The notes below the pieces were generated by a model that saw nothing but the letters and a program-made list of their open reading frames with translations, was not told the origin of the DNA and did no database searches. The position numbers and the translations under genes are program-made. From assembly GCA_002269645.1 (NCBI GenBank), contig NIVC01003211.1, positions 1-64,000 on the forward strand: 64,000 nt of DNA, in the 5' to 3' direction. Within the stretch, counting starts at the first letter, position 1. Each line of letters begins with the position of its first letter. The DNA is from Macrostomum lignano (taxonomy: Eukaryota). Below are positions 1-11,829 of the stretch, one piece after another.

Positions 1-3000
1 TGAATGTGGAGTCCTGCAGGAACTCCAACAACTCGCGTTGCCAGAAAGTCGTTCCATTTCATAGCTGGCTTTCTGGCAGGCCTGCCTCCAGGTTCGCCTC
101 TCTGCACCTTCGCAACGTCGCTGCAGTTGGAATGAGTTCGGTTTTGAGTTCCCCCTCTAATCTCAGGATTCCACCTTCTAATCTCAGGGTTTCGCCCTCT
201 AATCTCAGGATTCCACCCTCTAATCTCAGGATTCCGCCCTCTCATCTCAGGATTCCACCCTCTAATCTCAGGATTCCGCCCTCTAATCTCAGGATGCCAC
301 CCTCTAATCTCAGGATTCCGCCCTCTAATCTCAGGATGCCACCCTCTAAACTCAGGATTCCAACCTCTAATCTCAGGATGCCACCCACTAATCTCAGGAT
401 TTTGCCCCTCTCATCTCAGGATTCCACCCTCTAATCTCAGGATTCCGCCCTCTCATCTCAGGATTCCACCCTCTAATCTCAGGATTCCAACCTCTAATCT
501 CAGGATGCCACCCTCTAAACTCAGGATTCCACCCTCTAATCTCAGGATTCCACCCTCTAATCTCAGGATTCCACCCTCTAATCTCAGGATTCCACCCTCT
601 AATCTCAGGATTCCGCCCTCTGATCTCAAATTTCGGCCCTCTAATCTCAGTTATCCGCCCCAAACCCTCAGCAAGCGGCTCACCTCGGACCGTCTTCAGG
701 CTTATAGAAAGTTCCCACCAGCAAGATGAGCTTGTGCAGATTGTTGACACTGGCAACCAGGATGGCCTCCCATAACGATGATTCGCATCTGCCGCCTGCT
801 GGATCCGGCTCGCTCTTCACGTCGCGAACAAATTCTCTCACTGCGCTCGAGTAGGACCGAGCAGCTCGACCAGCTTGTCCATGATGGCCGCGCTCAGCTG
901 CGTGTGGGCGTGCTTGGGCAGCTTGCTGCTCACGTCCGACATCATCTCGGACAGGATGGCCGACAGACTCTGCACTAGCGAGGTGTACGTTGTGTCCGTG
1001 TGCAGGTCCCTCTCCGGCTGGAAGCTGGGGCAGTACGGTGCGCGGTTTGCCTGTGTCAGTTGTTGCTCTGCACCTCACTGAGTGCCGCTGCCCCCTCTGC
1101 ACCTCACTGAGTGCCGCTGCCCCCCTCTGACCCTCACTGAGTGCCGCTGCCCCCCTCTAACCCTCACTGAGTGCCGCTGCCCCCCTCTGCACCTCACTGA
1201 GTGCGCTGCCCCCCTCTGACCCTCACTGAGTGCCGCTACCCCCTCTGCCCCTCACTGAGTGCCGCTACCCCCTCTGACCCTCACTGAGTGCCGCTGCCCC
1301 CTCTGACCCTCACTGAGTGCCGCTGCCCCCCTCTGCACCTCACTGAGTGCCGCTGCCCCCCTCTGACCCTCACTGAGTGCCGCTACCCCCTCTGACCCTC
1401 ACTGAGTGCCGCTACCCCTCTGACCCTCACTGAGTGCCGCTACCACCTCTGACCCTCACTGAGTGCCGCTACCCCTCTGACCCTCACTGAGTGCCGCTAC
1501 CCCCTCTGACCCTCACTGAGTGCCGCTACCCCCTCTGACCCTCACTGAGTGCCGCTACCCCCTCTGACCCTCACTGAGTGCCGCTACCCCCTCTGACCCT
1601 CACTGAGTGCCGCTACCCCCTCTGACCCTCACTGAGTGCCGCTACCCCTCTGACCCTCACTGAGTGCCGCTACCCCCCCTCTGACCCTCACTGAGTGCCG
1701 CTGCCCCCCTCTGCCCCTCACTGAGTGCCGCTACCCCCTCTGCCCCTCACTGAGTGCAGCAGACTCGCAGTGTATTAATAAAAGTACAACATCGCGAATC
1801 TCTCACCCAGTAGGATTCTGGTACCAGCTTGCTTCTCCTTCTCCACGGTGCTCTTGAACCATTTCCACACCTGCTCGCTGATGAGGCCGACGCTGTGCCG
1901 GACCAGCCTGTCCAGCTCATCGGTCTGCAGAAAGTGCGGCAGCAGGCCAAGCCGCTCCCTCTCGGCCTCCATGTTGAACTGCGGCTGGGTGAACACCTCC
2001 GCGCCGAGGCGGTCGAAGAATGATTTGAAATTCTCCGTCCACTTCACCAAAGCCACGCAGTCGCGGAATTGCAGCTCGTTGGCCACCGCCTGCTTGGCCA
2101 GGCTGGCCAGGCGGCTCTCCAGGCAGCGCGTGGTAGGACCGCAGGTAGAAGTCGAATATGTTGTATTCGGGTGGGAAGCAGGACGGGCACAGCTTGCGGG
2201 CCACGCGAAGGTCCTGCCTGAGGAACTCCTGCAATTGAAATAAACATGGCTCTAGTATTGGGATGACTGGCTCTTGCATTAGGATAATAACACCTTTTCT
2301 AATCATTGAGATAACAGGAATCTGATCATTGGGCTAACAGGGATCTGACGATTGGGATAACAGGGATCTGATGATTGGGATAACAGGGATCTGATCATTG
2401 GGATAACAGGGATCTGATCATTGGGATAACAGGGATCTGATCATTGGATAACAGGGATCTGATCATTGGGATAACAGGGATCTGATCATTGGGATAACAG
2501 GGATCTGATCATTGGGATAACAGGGATCTGATCATTGGGATAACAGGGATCTGATCATTGGGATTACAGGGATCTGATCATTGGGATAACAGGAATCTGA
2601 TCATTGGGCTAACAGGGATCTGATCATTGGGATTACAGGGATCTGATCATTGAGATTACAGGGATCTGATTTTGAGGATAACAAGTTATAGGATTGAGAT
2701 AGGAAAAATCTAGGATTGGGATCAACTGGTTGACCAGTTGAAAAAAGGCACAGCACTGGGAAAGCCCACCTGCAGCAGTATGCAGTGCTTCTCAAGCCAC
2801 TGCTCGGAGTCCTCGCTACTCAGCGGCATGCTGGCCTCAAATCGGGCCTCAACCGCAGCCTGCATGACCTCCAGCATCCGTTCGCGCCACTGCCGAGGCC
2901 GCCCGGCCGGCAAAACTCGCCAGGACCGCCGCGCCGCTGTCGCTCGAGCCACATCTGGTCCACCTGCTCCTCCCGATGTACCAGGCGGACGGCTGTGACC

Positions 3001-4657
3001 AGCAGGCGGGGATTCTGCACTGCAGTGTCCAGCACCCGGCTGAAGGTGCAGGCCAGGCGGTCCCACAGGGCGCTGGCTAAACTGGGGACGTCCTTGAAGA
3101 AGGCGCGGAGAAGGTCGCGGTCGGCCTCGCAGGACTGGCCATGAAGCTCCAGCATGAGGCCGTCACGGAGCGCTCGAGCTCGTGCAGCCTGGCGAGTTGG
3201 AGAAAGTGCTGGTTAACTGGCTCAATTCAATAATTTATATGCTTGTAGTAGTATCAGAGGTACAATATGGCAAGAAATGTATATCTGAGAGAAAGTATTT
3301 AGTTAATACCTCAGTGTGAAATGTAGAAATTAGTTTATTTTAAGACTAACTTAAGACATTATATAACAATTTTAAGGATGTGAGATAAGGATATAAATAT
3401 TTGAGTAATTTCAATCAGTAATCAATGATCACTGAGATTTCAAGTCAAGATAAAACTGGTCAGTATTTTCAAGATTTGATATAATATCTTAAGTGGAGAG
3501 CTTTAATTATTTTACTATAGTACTAAATTTAACTAATAAGTATTGGTTATAATAATGGTATTCAAAAACAACAAATTTTACAAAGTGATACTTAATTAGC
3601 AATTTGAAGTAGGTTAAAAATGAATTAATAGCTTATAATTTTATAACATATTTTTAATGGCCATTTCTAACCTGAATTTTCAAGATAACAAATATAAAAA
3701 ACAAGGTTTCCAAATCATAAAATACTTGATATATTTTATATATTTGAAATATAGATATAAAGCTAAGATAAATTACTAACTAAGTAAAAAATAAAAGATT
3801 AAAAAATCTATAAATAGTTTATTTTTAATATAATGAGCTTGTATATTTTATACAAATTTCTACAATATAAATTTATTAGAGCTAAATATTATCATTAAAA
3901 ACTTTGTCTGAAAATAGAAAAAAACTTTAATAAGATTACTTGATTTCATTTTTGACAATATTTTATATATAAATATTCTTATTAAATAAAGCCTTTCATA
4001 TTATCACTGATTAAACTACCAGTTGCCTAACAAAAAATATTGAATAGCTTATAAATTCTAGAAAATGTTAACTTTAATCTTTTATTTAAATAAAAGGATT
4101 CAACATTCTATTTAAAATTAAAAAGTTTATTTTAGAATTTGTATAATAAATTAAGAGACATAAAAATATTATACTGAAAAATAGTCTTCTTACAGTTTAT
4201 GAACAAGTAGTAGGTGCCTTTGTTCCCCAGAATCCATCAAGCTTCTGATTTCTTCAATTTTGCTTGGTGCACTAAACACATATGACATATTATTAGTAGC
4301 AGTTGTAAGTCTTTTGTGGCGTTGGAACTCATCTTTTACTGACTCAATTTTTGCTTTCAGTGTTGGTGTTCGCTCTAACTGTGCAGCAAATTCTTTCAAG
4401 AGTTTTTCAACAACTTTAACTTCACTCTCTGCATTCTTCAAAAGATTCACACCCTTTTTAATACCATCCAATTGACTTTCCACAGCAGTCTTAAGTTGTG
4501 AGTCGTAATCTTCTTTTTTCTTAATGTTTCTCTTGATGTCGTGTTCTAGCTTGTCAAGATCGTCGGGCTTGCTATAGCGCTGTTCAATATCAGCAATGGC
4601 AGCGCTCTTAGCTCGCTCTTTTAGGCCCCGAAGTTCCTCAGACACAACAGCATCCAT
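1..4657 (-). CDS. EXOC3: Exocyst complex component 3 (Sec6), 5' part. Exons approx. join(4657..4194, 3188..2770, 2228..1807, 1050..684, 120..<1); the gene continues beyond the left edge.
   Basis: Exon translations match EXOC3 motifs in order: PDDLDKLE..QLKTAVESQLDG; ELERSRDGLMLE; LLVTAVRLVHREE; PAGRPRQW-ERM; WLEKH; QDLRVARKLCPSCFPPEYNIF; LVASVNNL. GT/AG boundaries were read at the exon ends. Frame continuity needs 1-nt indel corrections near 3167, 2912, 2126 and 859. The 1807 donor and the last exon frame are tentative. Confidence 0.93.
152..660. repeat. 21-bp minisatellite (CCCTCTAATCTCAGGATTCCA), ~24 copies, filling an EXOC3 intron
   Basis: Directly visible tandem units. The array explains the repetitive ORFs 6..434, 394..756 and 505..729. 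Confidence 0.97.
1070..1755. repeat. 28-30-bp minisatellite (CCTCACTGAGTGCCGCTACCCCCTCTGAC), ~24 copies, EXOC3 intron
   Basis: Visible tandem units. Each unit reads ..CAGTGAGG.. on the transcribed strand. Confidence 0.97.
2317..2680. repeat. 23-bp minisatellite (GGGATCTGATCATTGGGATAACA), ~15 copies, EXOC3 intron
   Basis: Visible tandem units between exon ends 2228 and 2770. Confidence 0.97.
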
Positions 4658-6773
4658 ACCGAAGACAAACTTCCATAAAATCTAAAAGCTTAGAATTTTA
4701 AAACGGAAGATTCCGCCTCGTCTGCCCAAATTTTTTAGTGTCCTAGGAAGGAAAGACCGTCACATACAGATTGGCAGAAACAAAAAACAGATATCGAGGA
4801 AGAAGATCGAGCTCGTCACGTCTTCTTGGAATTTTCGTTGTTTGAGCTGAAGAACTAAAATAAACAAAATGCACAAAACTATTCACCCCTCAGATATTAC
4901 TACGACGAAATCTTAACTTTTGTAAAAAATCGACTTTTACTATTAGAAATTTATAATTAGGAGATTTCGATAACTAAAGTAATTAATTAACAGATACCAA
5001 GTCATGCATTTTGCTTGGGGGGATTTCCCTGACAAACGTCCTTTACAAGGGGGGATTTCCCTGGCAATTTTTTTGCTGCGCCGGAACGGAGCAACGCATG
5101 CACACGTAATTCAAGAACACGGGCTAACTTTTTGTTGCGCACCTCCTTATATAATCGAATCGAATCAACAGGCTAGGTCCAGCTAATAGATCGAGACCTC
5201 CGGACCGTCGAGATATTCGACGATTCTTCCAGAAAGTCAGAACAAGCGTATTCAGTACACTCCTGTGCGCCAATTAGCACTGCGCCTCAGTGCAGCCTTT
5301 CCAAGCCTCCAAATTTCAATTACCTAGTCATCGACCACTGTGTCTGCATCAGCTCTGAAATTCGTTTTTGGTCCACTGGCTTTCACTCAGACGGAGTCTG
5401 GACCTCCAACAGCTGTCGCGTCATCAGACTCATCCCATCGGGTTGAAGAGAGACTGTTTGAGAGTCTAGCTGAGAATGGACCAGGATTTAAAGTTTGCCC
5501 ATTGACACTTGGTCAGCGACATTGACTATGACTATGGCGGGTCCATAGTCACCTGGTGCACCACCTGTTGAAGGTCCAGAAGCTCTCCGCTTTCGCAGGC
5601 ACGGCGGAGCCGGGAGGCAGGATTGGCAGTTGCCTTCCTAGGGCTCATTGCCTTCCCAATAGACAGATATTACAATAGACGGATTGACATTTCAATAGAG
5701 ATGATAAACATTAGTTAATCTTGTTTATATAGTTCTATAGCTGTGTTTTACAGAATTCTTCTGCAAAACTACAGCTTAAGTTTTCTGATGATCCGCGATT
5801 AGAACTCGTATATGTATTTAAGCCACAATTAAATAGCATTCAGCTTTAATGTACATCAGAATAGTAATTTCAAATTGATGCTAGCTTGTATTTGTAACAA
5901 AAACATTTGTTATAATACTTGTAAGTCATTTCTTCATGCATATTTATATGTACCATGGCTCCATTTTCCGCATCAGGTCAAACGAACCATGTGGCAAGAA
6001 AATTTGGAGCAATCGTCAGAAAATTAGCCTTTTGCTCGCCTAATTTCTCTCAGGTCTGCATTCTTCAATAAATTTATACTGCGTGTGCATGTTTCAGAAA
6101 GTCAAAAAAACGAATCGTCTGATGCAAAAAGCTCAGTTTTCGTTTCGCTAAGGCATTCTCCAACAGCTGTCAATAAAACTTCCTCGCTTTTCAATGCTGC
6201 GTCCGCTTCTAGTGGCTCTTCTGAGAGCTCGATGCGAAATTTTCATCTTACAGCTACAAAAAAGGAAAGCCATCTACGCTCGCACTGTCCTCAAGTACGC
6301 AATTTTTCTGAGCAGGCTGCCACATGCTTCTACCAATCGATCATTTGCTCGTGAAATGTTTGTGTCAAACGTATAGCTGACTCGTCCATCGTTGGCTCAC
6401 CAGCCTCCCTGGATATCGCGCTTGAAAAACACGAACGCCTCATCATCATCGCCTCATTCATGCCGTGCTTCTCTCTGCTGCTTGTGTCCCTGCAGCAGGC
6501 CGCCCGCCCCCTTGGTTGCACCACTGTCGCAATACATTCCTGCAGCGGAAGTGAATAAATTGAGGATGAAAAATATCACCAGTACCTATAGCTACTAAAA
6601 TTTAACTGACGAAGGAACCTCATACCAGAAATTAGAGAAGACATGTAGTATTGATTCGCAGCAAGTCAGCTTTATCTATGCTCAAACATGTATAGCGTAT
6701 ACCGGTAGAATAAAGAGACCGGCCGTGACTGTTATGAGGAACTGACTAACTAAAAGATTCAATTCACGATAAC

Positions 6774-7733
6774 ATGGCAACCATGCTGGTGCTGTTCGTT
6801 TTTAACCTGCTGGTCCTGTCCCTGCAGCAGGTCGGGGGTTCGAATCCCGCTTGCGCCAGTCGGTGGCGGTGGCAGTGGACTCAGCTGTGCCCTCCCACTG
6901 CGAACCCGGCAGCAGCGGAGCTCCTGCAGCTGCCCAGCCAGCTCCAGTGCATCCGAGTGTGCACGCTGCGGCTGCCGAAGTGCAAGGCGGCTCACTTCAA
7001 AGACTCCGTCTGCTCTCTGGCTGTCGACTTCTCACAGCTGTCGCTCTGATCGACCCCGGGAGGACTCGGCCAGTGCAGCAGCCTCACGCTGGCGCCCGTC
7101 CTGCTGCAGCTCCTCGCCTTCTTCGACTTCAGGGAGTCGCTCGAGAAGGCGGCGGGCATCGCGAGCATCAGCTCCGAGGGCTTCGACGTGACGAAAGACT
7201 CGAGCGGACTGCACTTTGCTGGGAGGATGACGTCATACCTGAAGCTGAGCATCCCGGGAGGTCTCACGGCGCTCATCGATCGCAAAGGAGAGAGAGCAGT
7301 GAGCTTCTTCATGAAGGTGCGACGGCCCTACAAGGCCAAGACGGTGTACATGAAGATCACCTCTGAGGGCGATGACTATGCATGCAACTTGTACGAGAGT
7401 GACGGCCACCTTATCCTGGGCATCGTGAACCTGGACAAGAAATTCCACTCAGCCTCGGACTTTATGCGGACGGACGCTGACCCGGGCGGCTTCTTTCTGG
7501 GCGTCGCGGTCAGCAACATCACTAGCGCCATGGCCTTCCTTGACGGCCGAGTTTACAGCTTTAACAACCCACTCCCGATCTCGGGTGACCAGACAGTTGA
7601 CTCAGTGATCCGACTGGGTTACTCAACTGTGAGCAATTCCGACTGCCTGTCCGGGACCATATTCTGTTTCGGCATCGCCCAAGGGAAGCTGAGCGGTGAG
7701 CAGCTGACAGGAGTGGCCCGCGTGTGCGGCTGA
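6774..7733 (+). CDS. Intronless secreted protein: signal peptide + PAN/Apple-like domain + LamG/concanavalin-like domain, interrupted by one in-frame TGA at 7047-7049
   Basis: ORFs 6774..7049 and 7188..7733 are in the same frame (offset 414 nt), and 7050-7187 is open. The hydrophobic N-terminus is MATMLVLFVFNLLVLSLQQVGG. The pattern QCIRVC..KC..VCSL is PAN-like. LLAFFDF..GLHF..SYLKL..AVSFFMKV resembles the start of a LamG jellyroll. A branch-point/acceptor-like CTAAC..AAAG lies just upstream of the ATG. Confidence 0.7.
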
Positions 7734-8064
7734 CTGCATGAGATCGAACTACACGACAATGAACTAATACAGACTTATACATTAGATTTACAGCATGCTG
7801 AAAATTAACAATAATATTACACAGTAGTTCATGGCAATAGTGCAGGGCTCCTAAATCTGCAAGAACAGCAGTCTTCCTTCCACTACTTTCTTCCAAGCCC
7901 TCTGACAGGAAGCAAGCGAAACGCTGTGCTGGACAAACAATGCAATGCATCGGCAAACAATGGAAAATGGCAAACTTTATCGCTCAATCGCTTGGTTTGC
8001 CAAACACAGACATCGCTACTAGCAATATGTGTACCTGCCATTTAGACTGATGCTTTCCTTACAG

Positions 8065-10060
8065 ACTTAGTGCCTGTCTTATAGTAGTGTCTTATTGTCT
8101 TAGTTGTCTGTCTTAGCGCCTGTATTATAGTAGTCTTATTCTCTTAGTTGTCTGTCTTAGTGCCTGCCTTATAGAACTGTCTTATTGTCTTAGTTGTCTG
8201 TCTTAGTGCCTGTCTTATAGAACTGTCTTATTGTCTTAGTTGTCTGTCTTAGTGCCTGTCTTATAGAACTGTCTTATTGTCTTAGTTGTCTGTCTTAGTG
8301 CCTGTCTTATAGTAGTGTCTTATTCTCTTAGTTGTCTGTCTTAGTGCCTGCCTTATAGAACTGTCTTATTGTCTTAGTTGTCTGTCTTAGTGCCTGTCTT
8401 ATAGAACTGTCTTATTGTCTTAGTTGTCTGTCTTAGTGCCTGTCTTATAGAACTGTCTTATTGTCTTAGTTGTCTGTCTTAATGCCTGTCTTATAGAACT
8501 GTCTTATTCTCTTAGTTGTCTGTCTTAATGCCTGTCTTATAGAACTGTCTTATTCTCTTAGTTGTCTGTCTTAGTGCCTGTCTTATAGAACTGTCTTATT
8601 GTCTTAGTTGGCTGTCTTAGTGCCTGTCTTATAGAACTGTCTTATTGTCTTAGTTGTCTGTCTTAGTGCCTGTCTTATAGAACTGTCTTATTGTCTTAGT
8701 TGGCTGTCTTAGTGCCTGTCTTATAGAAGTGTCTTATTGTCTTAGTTGTCTGTCTTAGTGCCTGTCTTATAGAAGTGTCTTATTGTCTTAGTTGTCTGTC
8801 TTAGTGCCTGCCTTATAGAACTGTCTTATTCTCTTAGTTGTCTGTCTTAGTGCCTGTCTTATAGAAGTGTCTTATTGTCTTAGTTGTCTGTCTTAGTGCC
8901 TGTCTTATAGAAGTGTCTTATTGTCTTAGTTGTCTGTCTTAGTGCCTGCCTTATAGAAGTGTCTTATTCTCTTAGTTGTCTGTCTTAGTGCCTGTCTTAT
9001 AGAAGTGTCTTATTCTCTTAGTTGTCTGTCTTAGTGCCTGTCTTATAGAAGTGTCTTATTGTCTTAGTTGGCTGTCTTAGTGCCTGTCTTATAGTAGTGT
9101 CTTATTGTCTTAGTTGTCTGTCTTAGTGCCTGTCTTATAGTAGTGTCTTATTCTCTTAGTTGTCTGTCTTAGTGCCTGCCTTATAGAACTGTCTTATTGT
9201 CTTAGTTGTCTGTCTTAGTGCCTGTCTTATAGAACTGTCTTATTGTCTTAGTTGTCTGTCTTAGTGCCTGTCTTATAGAACTGTCTTATTCTCTTAGTTG
9301 TCTGTCTTAATGCCTGTCTTATAGAACTGTCTTATTCTCTTAGTTGTCTGTCTTAATGCCTGTCTTATAGAACTGTCTTATTCTCTTAGTTGTCTGTCTT
9401 AGTGCCTGTCTTATAGAACTGTCTTATTGTCTTAGTTGGCTGTCTTAGTGCCTGTCTTATAGAACTGTCTTATTGTCTTAGTTGTCTGTCTTAGTGCCTG
9501 TCTTATAGAACTGTCTTATTGTCTTAGTTGGCTGTCTTAGTGCCTGTCTTATAGAAGTGTCTTATTGTCTTAGTTGTCTGTCTTAGTGCCTGTCTTATAG
9601 AAGTGTCTTATTGTCTTAGTTGTCTGTCTTAGTGCCTGCCTTATAGAACTGTCTTATTCTCTTAGTTGTCTGTCTTAGTGCCTGTCTTATAGAAGTGTCT
9701 TATTGTCTTAGTTGTCTGTCTTAGTGCCTGTCTTATAGAAGTGTCTTATTGTCTTAGTTGTCTGTCTTAGTGCCTGCCTTATAGAAGTGTCTTATTCTCT
9801 TAGTTGTCTGTCTTAGTGCCTGTCTTATAGAAGTGTCTTATTCTCTTAGTTGTCTGTCTTAGTGCCTGTCTTATAGAAGTGTCTTATTGTCTTAGTTGGC
9901 TGTCTTAGTGCCTGCCTTATAGAACTGTCTTATTCTCTTAGTTGTCTGTCTTGGTGCCTGCCTTATAGAACTGTCTTATTGTCTTAGTTGTCTGTCTTAG
10001 TGCCTGTCTTATAGAAGTGTCTTATTGTCTTAGTTGTCTGTCTTGGTGCCTGTATTGGCG
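8065..10060. repeat. 46-bp satellite (TGTCTTAGTTGTCTGTCTTAGTGCCTGTCTTATAGAACTGTCTTAT), ~43 copies
   Basis: The period of 46 was read directly (TGCC at 8161 and 8207). The unit is built from TGTCTTA(G/T) sub-repeats. Confidence 0.97.
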
Positions 10061-10809
10061 TCTCAGTGTCTGCCTCTGTATCATTTTGCATTCAAAGCAA
10101 AGGTGGCTCCGCAGCAGCAACAGAGGCCGCAGTTAATCATTTCAAACGCAAGGAGGCTCTCTACGGAGCGAAATAACAAAGAATAAAATCCGGAGGCTAC
10201 CTCTCATGATCGCGCACTGAATGTGCAGGCAGAGAACATCAGTACATTCAATAAACATTAAACAAACATATATTTTGGCGCAGTCTCAATCTGCCACACA
10301 GGGCAGAAGTCAGGGTTTGAGCGGTTGCTTTAAATTTACCGTCTTAGAAAAATTTCAAAGTCTGACACAACTGCTCCGTGCAGTGTGCCTATGATCCCAG
10401 AGTTTAACACTCGCAAGTGGAATTCGCGCATAACTTTAAAGCGCTATAGAAAACGGCTAAAACGAAACATACTTATTAACATTATAATCAATAGAAACAA
10501 CTGCTTATTATCCCTTAATAATTATTACTATTTTTCATATTCATAAATTCAAAATGTCAGCAAGGTCAATTTCAGCTAAATTTCAGGCTTCAACGGTAAA
10601 AGTGCCCCCCGAACTTGCTAAAGGCACACCAAGCTATTCAGTAAGTATTTGGCAGCGCTCACAGTTTGAGAACAGGCAAAAATACGTACGTAACACAAAT
10701 ATAGAAGCAAATTATTCCGGATAGTTAAGGTTGGGGCACTTGAAGTGCTCAACGCATTGCTTTAAATACTCGACCGAGTGCTGAGCGGGCGGGGAGCCTG
10801 GTGATACTT

Positions 10810-11162
10810 CTGTCTGTCTGTCTCTTTGTCTTAGTGTCTGTTTGTCTGTCTGTCTGTCTGTGTGTCTGTCTGTCTGTTTGTCTCTTTGTCTTAGTGTCTG
10901 TCTGTCTGTCTGTCTGTCTCTTTGTCTTAGTGTCTGTTTGTCTGTCTGTCTGTCTGTCTCTTTGTCTTAGTGTCTGTTTGTCTGTCTGTCTGTCTGTGTG
11001 TCTGTCTGTCTGTCTGTCTCTTTGTCTTAGTGTCTGTCTGTCTGTCTGTCTGTCTCTTTGTCTTAGTGTCTGTTTGTCTGTCTGTCTGTCTGTGTGTCTG
11101 TCTGTCTGTCTGTCTCTTTGTATTAGTGTCTGTCTGTCTGTCTGTCTGTCTCTTTGTCTTAG

Positions 11163-11197
<35 letters not shown>

Positions 11198-11206
11198 TTG
11201 TCTTAG

Positions 11207-11249
<43 letters not shown>

Positions 11250-11250
11250 G

Positions 11251-11281
<31 letters not shown>

Positions 11282-11282
11282 G

Positions 11283-11313
<31 letters not shown>

Positions 11314-11338
11314 GTGTCTGTCTGTCTGTCTGTCTGTG

Positions 11339-11385
<47 letters not shown>

Positions 11386-11410
11386 GTGTCTGTCTGTCTG
11401 TCTGTCTGCC

Positions 11411-11490
<80 letters not shown>
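10810..11490. repeat. (TGTC)n microsatellite with TCTTTGTCTTAG interruptions
   Basis: Visible. It explains the SVCL/TDRQ ORFs between 10749 and 11626. Confidence 0.97.
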
Positions 11491-11829
11491 AAATTTTGGG
11501 CAAGCATCAGTCTCAATAATTCCAACAGGAACCTCCGGCAGATTATCAGGGACCAATGTAACGAAAGAGGAAAAAAATAAAATAATTTTCACTGAGAGTC
11601 GGGCATTCGATGCAATCAGTTTCTAGTTTAATACAGAGTCATGCGGCTCGTAGCTCTGAGGAGATGAACAGTTTACAGAGAGAGGAAACGGATGAGCCAA
11701 GTGGCATGCAAAGGAATAGAGAAAGTCAAACAAAAAGTTTTCTTTCTTTGGCGCCTTTTCAGAACTGTAACTTGTAGGCCTCAAAAATATTGTCTGGGAA
11801 CTTTCAAGGGCCGCTGTTGCATTTCTGGC

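Noticed and set aside
6-756. Long ORFs 6..434, 394..756 and 505..729
   Set aside because: They are translations of the 21-bp intronic array, not proteins.
7734-7860. Possible SECIS for the in-frame TGA (ATGAA..ATTAGAT; ATGAACTA/TAGTTCAT pair)
   Set aside because: The helix is too short, there is no apical AA at the correct spacing, and the quartet geometry does not fit.
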